From the NCBI GenBank assembly GCA_951406725.2, contig OX597814.1:91202001-91266000 (forward strand): a stretch of DNA of 64,000 bases, given 5' to 3'. Origin of the DNA: Octopus vulgaris. Taxonomy: Eukaryota. The position numbers and the translations under genes were made by a program. This document shows, one piece after another, positions 13,535 to 26,061 of the stretch; position 1 is the first letter of the stretch, and the number at the start of each line of letters is the position of its first letter. The notes beneath the pieces were generated by a model. It worked only from the letters and a program-made list of their open reading frames with translations, made no database searches and was not told the origin of the DNA.

Positions 13535-14080
13535 TACAAGGAATTAAACAAACAACTATCTAAAATAAAATATTGGAATATAACTGAATTGAGACTTGTG
13601 TTTCTGAAGAAAGAATTTTGATAATGTAGTAATTCTAATAGATAACGCAGTATAATGTAGGTTTTGTTTAAAGAAAGAACGAAAGAGCATGCAATAAATA
13701 AAAGACATGTGCTTTTCTGACTCAATATAAGAAAAGATTGATAGATGTAGACGACGAAATTGTAATAAGTGTATAATGATGACAAAAGGGTATAGAACTT
13801 TGAAATCCAGAAATAAATACATTAGATTGCCAAAAAAATCGGAGAATATAAGAATGAAACATTTGAATGTTTTAAACCTGACAGTGAGAAGAAATTGGAG
13901 TCGATGTACAGTAAACAACACATACTACATGTGTTAGAAACATAAATGGATTGAAAGGAATGAGTATGAAGTGATAGTGAAATATAATCACTGAGAACTC
14001 TGAACAAAGTACAGCACCTATATAAGAGGTGTGATATTTTCATATTTCTTCTATGCAGGTGGAATGTGGAAGTAAACAAT
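13535..14080 (+). mobile_element. Possible highly decayed LINE AP-endonuclease relic (RTE-like)
   Basis: Purine-rich strand. KQLSKIKYWNITELRL resembles ELxKIKWDIIGLSEVR. Many stops and frameshifts. Confidence 0.3.
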
Positions 14081-14962
14081 AAAATATTATAAATGAATGA
14101 AAACACTAAAGACATGAGATGGTTTGCTAAATAATAAGGCAAACTGAAGAAAGAAGTAAAATGAAAAAAAAAGCAAAATAAAAAATAATCAATAGAAAAG
14201 AGAGTGGGAGAAAAGTTAAAATGATAGTAGGCTTTGAAAATATATTCAATATCCATCATGTTAGAATTTCAGCCATTGTTAAAAGCTGATATCAACTTCT
14301 TTCTTTTATATAAAAACAATAAAACATTGTAAGTTTTTTTGTGGGGAGTGCCTTTCTAGAAAAGTTGTTTTCGTGCGTATATTTCAAGAGAGTATGTATT
14401 AAATGAGATTTTTGTTGGCACTTACAAGCGTAAGTCCTCGAAAATATATTCTATGAAATATATTTTACTAAATATGTCAAATTATAAAATGTTCCCAAGT
14501 GTAAAATCTAATATCATAATATATCCAGCTAATTTGCATTGGACGCCCAATGTAACTCTGAATGAGGAAGTTGTAAAAAACAGCAACAAGGTTTGAATGT
14601 GTATTAGGAATTTTAAAGAAAATCAATGCTTACACAGCTATTATATTCAGGCGAAGCACTTAGTGTCATAAGTATATTGTGACATTGAAATAATAATTTC
14701 AATAAACGCAATTCATGGTAAGATATTTTATCGCCGTACGTTTAGTTCTGACACTAACATAAATACAGTTGTTTTGTTTGCTTTTTTGAAATTGTTATGA
14801 ATAATATTTGCAGATGTCACATGATATAATTTTTAAATTTTAGAACGAAAGGAAATCACATTATGAAGTTGTCTTAAATTAGGAAGAATAGCTAACATGA
14901 TACTATTTATTACCTTCTATGTAAAAATAGACTGCGTGCATTAAAATGTGTATAGCTATCTT

Positions 14963-15021
<59 letters not shown>

Positions 15022-15022
<1 letters not shown>

Positions 15023-15343
15023 AGACTCCGCCGGTTACGACGACGAGGGTCCCAGCTGATACGATCAACGGAACAGCTTGCTCGTGAAATTAACGTGCAA
15101 ATGGCTGAGCATTCCACAGACACGTGTACCCTTAACGTAGTTCTCGGAGATAATCAGCGTGACACAGAGAGTGACAAGGCTGACCCTTTGAAATACAAGT
15201 ACAACTCATTTTTGCCAGCTCAGTGGACTGGAGCAACGTGAAATAAAGCGTCTTGCACAAGGACACAACGCGTCTTCGGGAATCGAACTCACAACGTTAC
15301 GATCATGAGCCGAATGCCCTAACCACTAAGCCACGCGCCCTCA
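15022..15343 (-). mobile_element. tRNA-derived SINE, near full length
   Basis: Minus strand GAGGGCGCGTGGCTTAGTGGTTAGGG...GAGTTCGATTCCC (A and B boxes), then a gtgtccttgtgcaagacgctttatttcac central domain. Embedded in (TA)n. Confidence 0.85.
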
Positions 15344-15479
15344 CTATATATATATATATATCACGAAGATAGCTATACACATTTTAATGCACGCAGTCTA
15401 TTTTTACATATATATATATATATATATATATACATTTTCATAAACTGACAGGGGAGATAACCGCTCCACAGTGAGCGAC

Positions 15480-15531
15480 ATCACTATACTTGTCTAGTCT
15501 CGCTTGAAAATTACAAGTTCATCAGCAGGAT
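15480..15531 (-). ncRNA. Decayed full-size type I hammerhead candidate
   Basis: Minus strand reads ATCCTG-CTGATGA-ACTTG-TAATTTT-CAAGC-GAGAC-TAGACAA-GTA-TAGTGAT. CTGATGA and the GUA triplet are intact and all three stems are recoverable, but GAAA reads GAGA and the first stem II pair is A-C. Confidence 0.45.
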
Positions 15532-16724
15532 AGTTTGGCTAAATCCTGATTGTTAATGTATATATTTACCAAATGAATCTATGTCTGATTCAGGAAAATG
15601 CTAAAGTGAGAATTATAAAATATCGAAGGCAATTGAACTAATTGTGACTGAGGATTCTGGGTAGCACCTATATTGTTAGAAATAGGACATTAAGTTTTCC
15701 ACCTCAACAGTTAATAAATTACGAAACCAAAAGCAAAGTTACTCAATATGAAAATCGAGGCAAACGAAAAATACACCACCGATAGTTATTGTTGACAAAC
15801 AATGGCAGTAATTTTATTCAGCTGAATATACGTCATTGATTGGTTGAAATTACCGAAATGGGTCTACTTTAACGTGAAATTACTTTGTAAATATAAGTTT
15901 TTCTCAAAAAGATTAAGATTAAAACATGTTTTATATGACACATTCTACCAGTGTCCGAAATTTGAAAGTGCTTAGTTGCGAAAAAATATTTTTAAAATCT
16001 GTACGTCAAAAGGTAAAGATCCTAGCGAAACCAACTATTACACACTTTGGGCATTACGCGCCGCTGTTGCAATAGCTACAATATTAATTGTGATAATTTT
16101 TATCTTTCCATTGGACGTAAATGCAATGGGTTCTGCTTTCCACGGATCTTCACTAAATGGATATGTTTTGGAACCATATAACAATATTCTGAGTATGCAT
16201 GTTTTATTAATTTCTCTTTTTTTAGTTTTTCCACACTTTCTTGAAACTTGCAGTATCATTGTCTATCCTTATATTTATATTCTCATTTAAATATGTCACT
16301 GTACAATATGAAAATATATCATCTATAACAAGCGTGTATCTATCTACCGTGGTCACAGCGGGCGTGCATATTGGGGATGGGATAAGAGTTTTTGTTGTGC
16401 AAGTCTCTGGTGAAGATGCGTTTTCTTCTCGGGAAAACTTGTCTATCTGTGATAGTGCCGCGTCGGCAAACAGCGGAAATCGATCGGTGGATATAGATGC
16501 CTTTGTAGATTAAGATGTTATCTTAAACGAAGGACAACAGGATGCAGGAACATTGATTTTCTGTGAGCTTTCTCGAGATTCACAAAGAAGATCCAGGCTG
16601 TAAGAAATCTGTAAGAGCAACCCGTTCACGTGTTTGATTAATACTTGTGCTAAAGTTCTGATAAAAGTAAAAATACGTAGAGAATAACAATCAACAGAGG
16701 TGAAAATATTATGAAAAGTTTAAG

Positions 16725-16925
16725 AAGGAGAACTGGCAAAGTCGTTAGCAAGCAGGACAAAATGTGGCTTTTCTTCTGACTTTAGATTCTGAGTTCAAAT
16801 TCTGCTGTGGCTGACTTCGCCTTTCATACTTTGGCTGATAAAGTAAGCTAGTCAAGTTCAGCGGCCGATGAACTGGAGTACCATCCTACCCCCAAATTCC
16901 GGGTCACTTTCCTATATTTTACAGA
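16725..16925 (+). mobile_element. SINE (Nin-type), degenerate
   Basis: ctggcaaagtcgttagca...ttctgagttcaaattctgctgtggctgacttcgcctttcat matches the 48688 copy. Confidence 0.7.
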
Positions 16926-17193
16926 AAATAATTACAAAGTGACAAATCATATGTTGTAGTAAGCTTATGTTAAAGCCGCTCTCATATAGGAAGATTCAAC
17001 TATTAAGAATTCTATACAATATCGAGTGCAATATAAATACATTGTATTAAAACCCTATAGATATAAATGTTTCAAGATATAAATTTATAGATATAAATTT
17101 TTCAAGTGATGTACATTTTAATTAAATTACCAAGTGCAGAAAATAATTAGAAATTGACAAATCATATATTGTAGTAAGCTTATGTTAAGGCCA
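16922..17193 (+). repeat. ~56-bp diverged direct repeat (16922-16978 and 17137-17193)
   Basis: cagaaaataatta...tgacaaatcatat.ttgtagtaagcttatgttaa.gcc occurs twice. Confidence 0.75.
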
Positions 17194-19917
17194 CTTTGAT
17201 AATATATATTGTGCAAATTTAAAAAAGAAACCTGTATATAACGTGAAGCAATTATATTAATTTAGCATTCGCTTCAATGATTGTTTCCAATGTAGCTTTG
17301 AATTATTCATGTACATGAAGTGTTCAGGGTTAATGTCTGATAAACAGTTTTCCGTTTCTGCTTGAATTATAGATGATTCTATTGGCATCTGTCAAATAGA
17401 TTATGGATGAAAGCATGGAAGTTTTTATGCTTCTGCTTCAATTTTTCATACATAAAATATTAGTCACATGAAATAATATATAAAATTAACGTGCTTATCA
17501 TTTTCCGAGTATTCGTCGATAATATATTGATTTGAAATATGAGATGACAATTATATTTAAGTGACTTGTGTCTTTTCGGTTCATGATTATTTTTCAATAA
17601 TATTTAAAAATCAAATTTTCAGAAGTTGAACATATTCCTAATATTTTAACTTTTCAAAATTTGAATGTGAAATTATAGATTTTCGTTTTGTGAACAATAA
17701 TTTTAGAAGTGTCAACTTATGCGAGAATTGGAACGCCTTCATAAGAGTTCAAATGCTTTGTGAAATTTACAAACTTCACTAGCTTAGCTATCAGTGCAGT
17801 AGAAAGATACATTGGAAATTAGTTCTAACATCCAATTTTCAACTGTTTTAATAATGGTTTTTGAGAGGTGGGTGACTTTGGCAGAAATCCATCTATGTAG
17901 TTCTGGTGTTCATAAAGATTAGTTAACACAATCACAATGCATATGAAGGAACAGCCAATCCTTTTTATTTGAATTTTATAACTTTTCCTAAGCCATTTTT
18001 ACTGTCCCTTTTAATATTACTGCATAAAATAAGCACAAGACGAAATGTTTTAAGAGGTGGGTACGCTTGATTGGATCGGGTAAATATTGTTTATCATCAG
18101 AAGAGAAACTTTTACATGACCAGTTCTTCTTCTCGTATTAACTATTATGCTTCAAGCCTAACACTGCTTTCTTAGAAAAACAAAACACAAATGTAACCCC
18201 GGAAATCCCATATCAATAACAAAAAAATTGTTAAATGTTCACATTATGTTAACCGATCTGTCGCTAAATAAAATCTACTAATTGCAAAGACTAATTACAA
18301 AGACGTTTGGTTTCCTTTGGGATTTGAACTCAAGTGGTAAAATAATTAACATACAAGTGGGCTACACTACTGGAACATAGATTCTGATTCACTTCCTCAT
18401 AGCCGACCTTTATCCGGTGGTCCACTAATTTTGATAGCAACATATTCAAAATTAAATTTCGGCACTTAACTTCAATATCAAGCGTAGTTTTTTTAAATTA
18501 TTCCATACAGTTACTAGGTTTTTAAAAATATATAATACACTCCAGAGATTCTGTTGCATTGTGATGCAAATCTGACCACTTTATTAGATCTACATGTTAT
18601 GAAATAACTGAAGTGAAAGATTTATAACTCATTAAATAATTATTGAAATCTGGCTCCCTATTTTGGAGCTCGGATATTTATTTTGAAGCATGTTGATACA
18701 AATAACGTCAGTGAAACGTAGAAAATGGTTAGAAATATTTCCAATACCTGTTATTTGTTACCATTTTATTTGAAATATATGCTCTATATCCAGTTAAACA
18801 AAATAATATCTACCAATATTCGAAATAAAGGCATCATTCTATAAATAATTTATATCGAATCTTGTGCATAATGTTCATCTTTATATAATATACATTCTTC
18901 AGGTTGCAAATCCTATTAACATAATATGTAAATATAGGTCGGTCAAAACCATTATTTTTCTTCTAGATTCCTGTAATTTGAGCAACATATATATTAACAG
19001 AATATTTAGAAATTCACATTAGAAATATGATATATTGCTAATATTGTTCGATATCAGCAAACTTCACATAATATTCACAAGTATTTTCAATACAAGCAAG
19101 AGCAATTCTCTTTGTATACAAGTAATCGATTCGTGTAATCAAGATATGTAGTTCTGTATGTCACATAAATGCATCCCTGTATATCAATATACGATAGCAA
19201 TTTATTGCAATTCCCTATACTTGCATAGATTAAAACACATTATAGAAATGCTATGAGTACCTGATTTATGGGTAAAAAATGTATTTACATTTTTATCAAA
19301 GAATACTACCGGTTTCAAGCACAATAAAGTTGATTTAATCATGCTAAATAAAAGAGGAAAAGTAAATTGAAATATGTTCATCATTCATGATATTAGTTAT
19401 GGTTGTTTGCCTTTATTCTAACAAATTATACATGATGATATTTTGTTTTCTTTTGATTGCTACTGGGCCCTTTTGCATAACCGCTGCAGGAATGGCTGTC
19501 AATAGAATCAGCAGTAGGAGTGGCGGTGAGTGTCAGTTGTGTTAGTAATAATATAGGCTGTTGTAATCATTGTTTTATCAGCCTAACTAGTAGCACTAGT
19601 ATTTATGGCAACTTCAGCAAAGGTTGCCTTAGGGTTAACATTAGCGGATCCCTATGTCTACTACAGATATTTAGTGATTACTGGTTTTCGGTCGTGAATA
19701 TTTGGATAGCTTTTAGCATGGTTTGCCAAGTACATGGGTAGAATACCCATTGCAAATTTCTCTATATCTCCCACAAAGAAAAGGGGACATTAACAGACGG
19801 GCGAATAATTTTGGACGCGCCTGTAGTAATATAACTTTATAACCTGTGAGCATCGTTGAGAGTCATTTTAGTTCATACAATTACATCTATACTCCTGTTA
19901 GATTATTAAATTCAAAG

Positions 19918-20004
19918 TTCACTTCCGAAGATATCAGAGAGTAGCATAAGACCATAAGACCATTTTTCTGTCTTATGTTACTCCTTGATATCTTCGGAAG
20001 TGAA
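19918..20004. repeat. 35-bp hairpin (inverted repeat) with 17-nt loop
   Basis: ttcacttccgaagatatcagagagtagcataagac ... gtcttatgttactccttgatatcttcggaagtgaa. The outer 19 bp pair perfectly. Confidence 0.85.
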
Positions 20005-21419
20005 AAATGAACGGTGAATTACAAAATCCATAATCTGATTGCGCACGTTTCAGACAAGTTAGTTTCACATAGGGCAATGATACATATTTATCGAACTATA
20101 TTTAATCATCTTAGGTTTGATTTAGGATACCCTCGATAGCAACTATTTAAAAAGCATTAAAAACAATACACAAATAAAAACAAAAGAAAGTAAAATAATG
20201 ATAGTAAAAGTAACAATTTTATTGTAATAATATCTCAATAATTATATTAAAGAGAACTAGAACCATCAATTCGGGTATATTTAAAATACACGTTAGGGAT
20301 ACAGGAAATGAAAGGACGGCACGCCCTCATATTATCATATATATGACTTTTCTATCATATTCATTCTTTTGATTCTGTTTGTTTCTTAATTAGAGTCCTT
20401 GCTTATAACTTATATACATATTGAATTTATCTTATTCTTAACTAACATTTGAAATATTTTTTCCTGAAAATATTGTAGTTCCTTATAGATAGAATAGAAT
20501 AGAATAGAATAGCGTTGCTCATAGTCTTTCCTCATTCTAAATTCTAACTAATCTGTCTTCCAAGCAGATGTCTATTTCTGTGAACATCAGTAGTCATTAA
20601 GCTGAGTGACGAAAATAATATATATGTATTACATATTCACCTTATCTTTTTAGTAATATTTCAACTGCAATAACATAGTTCAATACCAACTCAACTTTAT
20701 TTACTTTTTCATCTATTATATTTCACTATCCATTGCTGTATTTGGGAAGCAATTGTAAGTTTACTAATATATACTGATAGTTCCCTATATATATTGAGTA
20801 AAATAAATGTGTTGACTGGTAATATCGGGAAAGCGAGTGTTATCCCCAGTTCCGGTTTACCATTCCGTTTCCTGTTCAGTTCCCTTCTCATATCGTCGTT
20901 TATGGTAACAACCTCTTGCTAAAAATACGTATTAGGAACTATTAATTCGATTAGTAGGTGAATAAAGAATGTCTCCATATACGTTTAACAAACTTATATG
21001 CATGAGTAAAATAAATTTAATAAACAGAAAGATTGAGAAATAATCCGCGTATTGCAGAGAGCGTTGTCGGGTGTCATAGTTTATGGTAGCTGATTTCTAA
21101 ACATGTGCTACAGTACCACCACTTCCACCACCTAGGGGGTCCATTATAGATTGTTATTGAAATCCAATTCGGCTATAACTCAACTAGATGTTAGGAACAA
21201 ATAAATGACAAAATCGGATTTAACGTGGAAATTATTTCAGTATACCAAATTTGAAATTTTTGACGTAATTTTAAAATCTCCCAGTATGTTAAAGCAGAGA
21301 GGAAGACCCTATAAAACACAAATTTATAAACGTAAACACAGATAATCATGGCTTTAAAATGCTATATAGTAGATATATATTTGTATGTATGTATGTATGT
21401 ATGTATGTATGTATGTATG

Positions 21420-21450
<31 letters not shown>

Positions 21451-22094
21451 GTATTTATGTGTGTATGTATGTATGTACTTACGTATATATACCTATGTAT
21501 TTGTGTGTCTTTGTGTGAATGTTCCTTTGCGATGAAATGCAGAAAAACCACCTAACCCTCTCCTCTTGAAGCTACGTATTCCTCACACTCAACTTTCTGT
21601 ATGTGTGTGTATGTGTTGCATCTATGTATTTACAAACGTAGGTATGCAGCGTCGCGTGTATGTGACAGCTGTTCTCGCTTTCACTGATATGTCACCCTCT
21701 CTCTGTTACTAACTTACACTTTGTTACTACGTCAGATTTATACTTTTTCCAACTTTCATCCTACAATTCGTGCAACGCCTCTGGTGTGGGGGCGCTCATT
21801 ATCGATTTTTATTGAAATCCATTTAGCCTATTATTGAACTGGATGTTAGTTTAACATGTATGCAACGTTTCGTGAATATTAGTTCGGTGGTTTAGACACT
21901 AAGATGGTAAGAAACAGCCCGGGAAACATACATGTATATACGTACGTATGTACTAATGTATGTATGAATATATGTATATATATGTGTGTATTTATATATA
22001 TATGTGTGTGTGTATATATATGTGTATGTATATAGCTATGTATATATTTGTATATCTATGTATATGTGTGTGTGCGTGTGCGTGTGTGTGATCT

Positions 22095-22207
22095 ACTTGC
22101 TCAACGAAACAGTCTCCTCACGAAACAGTCAGGCACACGGAGAGAGCACGCGCCGGGAATCGAACTCACGACTTTGTGTCGGATACTCTAATCACAAAGC
22201 TGCGCAT
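22095..22207 (-). mobile_element. SINE head fragment
   Basis: ccgggaatcgaactcacgac is the reverse B box and resembles 15277-15296. Confidence 0.55.
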
Positions 22208-23086
22208 TTTCACGTATATGTAAGCGTATACAGACACACGCACACACACACGCACAGAAACACACAGAGACACACATACACACATATAAATATATGCACG
22301 TATATAGAAAGGAAATGGTAGTTAAAATAACAGAGAAATATATTTCATATAATTATTTTTCACCTTGTATTCAAAGATGTCCTGACATATTCGGCATCTA
22401 ATCTAAATCAACACACAGTTTTTGAAAATGTGCATTGCACATACAATTTCAAAAGATCAATGAATTGTCACCAAGGAGACGTATGAGTCAGAATTATAAG
22501 ACGATAATGCTTCGATAATAATAGAGGATAAAAATGAAATTGTCTGACATCACCTAGACACATATGCCACCATATATGCGTATAGATATGAAAGTATCTT
22601 CTTTATTTATGTATTAATTTATATATCTGTCGATTGATCCAACAATTTATGTGTATATAAAGATATATGTATTGTTTCATATACACTGCCCATAGAAGCA
22701 ATTATACGTAAAACCTCTCTCTCTCTCTCTCACACGCACACACACACACACATACACACACGCGTGTGTGTGTGTTTAAAGCTATATTTGCTCAGTTCCG
22801 TATCTATGTAACTGAAAAGGTCTGTGAGAGATTGAACACATTCAAGGTACGGGATAAAAATGAAACATCTTGTGAATTAAATCTTCTGGGATTACTTTTT
22901 GACACTTCAAATTCTAATACTCAACTAGCATTAACCGTTTGTACAATATTGCTAGGGTTGATAAAGTAAAAACAAGCAATGAACCACAGTCGAATTCGTG
23001 ACGTACGCTTTCCATAAAAATTGACTACATGGAAGTTTTCAAATTACAGGTGCAAGTATTGCTGATTAAGCTCATCAATCTATGAT

Positions 23087-24249
23087 GAAATCAATGATTC
23101 CGAGGATCGTTGGACAATATATAACAGAAGGGAAAACAGATGGAGACGATACATTTGTGAGCCAGTGGCTGAAGGCTCATTTCTTAGTGACTTCAAGCAA
23201 AATCATCGAGAGTTTTTCTTTTTTTCGGAATTGTTATAGAATGAATATGTGCGTTGGAACAGTAGCTTGACAGAAGGGAGGGCAGTGATGTAAAGTTGGT
23301 CTAATCTGAGCATTGCGAGGTGTTAACATTTCTTGGGAGCTGAGGTGTTACCATTTGTTGGGAGCTTGTCTTGAAGGGAAATAACACTCTCTGAAATGAA
23401 ATATTCATCAGAGATTTTGACTACTTACATTCAAAGGATTACTCGGTACCTAGCAGTGTGATTTCATTTTTTTATTTTAAGTTATTTTCTCGGCAATATC
23501 ATATTTCATAGGATTTGCAATTTTCTAATCTTCACGTGTTTTATTATCGAATGGGACAAGTTTGGTGTAAACCTATCTAATGCAATTCTGTTTGCTTCTC
23601 TGCGTGTATTTAGCATAGAGTCATCGTTCTCTGTTCTGATTACGTATGTATGAAGCATGTATGTGATAGAACGATGCTAAGTTAGCGAAATAGAATTTTT
23701 GGAGCCGTGAGTTTTTGAAGTATGAGCTATGAATTTACGTACCTAAGAAAATAGATTCAATCATCAATCTAACGCTTCAAGTTAAGCATGCTCTCTGACT
23801 AAATATGTGGCATACATCGGTGGAGCTGACTTAAAGATCTATATTTTCGAGTCTGTAATATGTGGGTGGAATATATGGAATAGTTTTGCGAAAGCGATGA
23901 CTTGTGTCTGCAGTGTAAGTGTGCCGAATTTGATTCTCTCTCGTAATCTGCTTAATTAGTTGCAATGTGACAGCTAGAAATATACATGTTTTGATATATA
24001 TTCTAGAAAGCTGTGAAACGAATAAATAGTTTTGGAAGTCACCTTATGGCGTGGAGTTTTTATATAATGTGGCTGATGCATCGATTACGTAAAGAAATCA
24101 ATGATTCCGAAGATCGTTGGACAATATATAACAGAAGGGAAAACAGATGGAGATGATACATTTGTGAGCCAGTGGCTGAAGGCTCATTTCTTAGTGACTT
24201 CAAGCAAAATCATCGAGAGTTTTTCTTTTTTTCGGAATTGTTATAGAAT
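23087..24249 (+). repeat. 156-bp direct repeat pair (23087-23242 and 24094-24249)
   Basis: Near-identical copies (2 visible substitutions), 1007 bp apart. Confidence 0.9.
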
Positions 24250-25309
24250 TCTCCGCTCTCGTAATCAGTATGAGATAAGTATGGAAACCAAACAATTACA
24301 TGTAACTGCTCAGGTTACGAAGGTAGGCGATTTCAGAAAGAGGTTATATTGAGATATATATCATCGAAACAGGAAAACATATGGTCGAATTGTTATTGGT
24401 GATTCCATTAATTCCGAAAGTGTTTATAGTAACTGATGTATTTAGACGAGTAAAAAAGAAAGACGTAAGACATTGTAATTGAAAACTTTCATTTGCTTAT
24501 AAGTAAGAGAGAGAAATTATAACGATGATAATCTGTAGGAATATGCGCAAACACATTTCTGAGTGAAGTTTGTTCAATGAAAATAGCCTCGGAAACAAAT
24601 TTGTGAGATCTGTTGGGCTCGGAGAGTTGTAGGATTTATGATCTAACTACGAAACTAAAAGATGTTTGTTGAACCATGACCTCACGATAAACCATTGCCA
24701 GGATCCTAAACCGAACTACGCTAAATGACCCTACTTGCTAGGTGGCAGTGGTAAGGTAGACTGTACCCGTGATAAGGAATATTTTATTTTTATACAGGCA
24801 TGGTATCACCAGAGGTTATAGCATCAACTTTGTTTTAGAGGTCATAAATGAATTAATATTTGTGTTCTTTATATTCTATACCACGTAATAACGTACGAAA
24901 TAAGTAATTCCCATGTTTTCGCCTCCAGAGAATTTAATCTTTACAACGTCGAGGCAATGAGAATACATGTACGTGAGGTTCGCTCTGCTAAAGATAGCAG
25001 TCAGACTCCTTAATATCATGAACTGCTGCGTTTCTTTTATAAAAAGAATAGATTATGCAATGCAGTGCTAAATTGCATGTCAGAATTAAGAACTTGTATC
25101 TTAATTTCTAAAAAGTTTTTGATGATATTTATCTCAACATTTGAGCTGACTTGGTACAAGCTACAATACAAAATATGTACATTGACTAACACGCGCGCAC
25201 GCACACGCATACGTCTATACGCTCACACACTTGTATACATACATGATGCATACATATGTATGTACATATTTAAGAGTGGATGAAAACATACCTTACAATG
25301 GCGCCTGTA

Positions 25310-25930
25310 ACAAAACACGTGTCACTGAAAAATATTACAGCTGAATAAAGAAAATACGGACCTCGGAATTCTTTACATTCCATAACACAGTGGCTCACAA
25401 TTTTTAGCAGTGTTAGTACTCATACCAACATGCGGGCAGCTAGATTGGACGCTTGATGAGATGTGAGTCATTGATGTGAAAACTGGAAAGATACTAACAT
25501 GCACACATTTCCTCATCAACAGTGACGTAGACCGCCTGTACTTAAAATGAAAACAAATGGGGAGGTCCAATCTGTCATTGAATGTCATATCACTTCTACA
25601 ACATCATTGAACCGCCAAGTGTTGAAGTGCATTCTTTGACCAAGTTTGCATACATGAGGATGATAACATCAGAAGTCTTGGGAAGCAGCTCCTTGATCAG
25701 TATTTCATGTCTGATAACCTTGAATACATGTCGAAAGAGGTCACACGATTACCCCAACGTATCTTCAGAAGAATGCATGAGCATATGTGAGCAGAAGACC
25801 ATGCATGGGTACGTTAGTAGAAATCTACGAGATGATACAAACATTGATCATCAAAGCAGTCTATCCTGGGCCAACAACCGGATTACTAACTCCCACTGTG
25901 AAGAGTATGTCTTTGAAATTCCAATGAAGG
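25310..25930 (+). mobile_element. R4/Dong-clade non-LTR fragment
   Basis: HNFLAVLVLIPTCGQLDWTLDEM*VIDVKTGKILT...INSDVDRLYLK and QKTMHGYV..., the post-RT region of R4/Dong elements. Confidence 0.8.
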
Positions 25931-26019
25931 TGACTCGGATCTAGATTAGTAACCGGCTCTTTCTCTATTGACAAGAAATCTTGAAATAAAACTGAATAAT
26001 GACATACATACATATATGT

Positions 26020-26061
<42 letters not shown>

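Noticed and set aside
19430-19825. Exon-like block on the minus strand (KATFAEVA...)
   Set aside because: Stops in all three frames; at best a decayed retroelement ORF1-like relic.
23317-23366. 25-bp unit repeated twice, superficially CRISPR-like
   Set aside because: Adjacent tandem duplication with no spacers, in a eukaryotic context with no cas genes.
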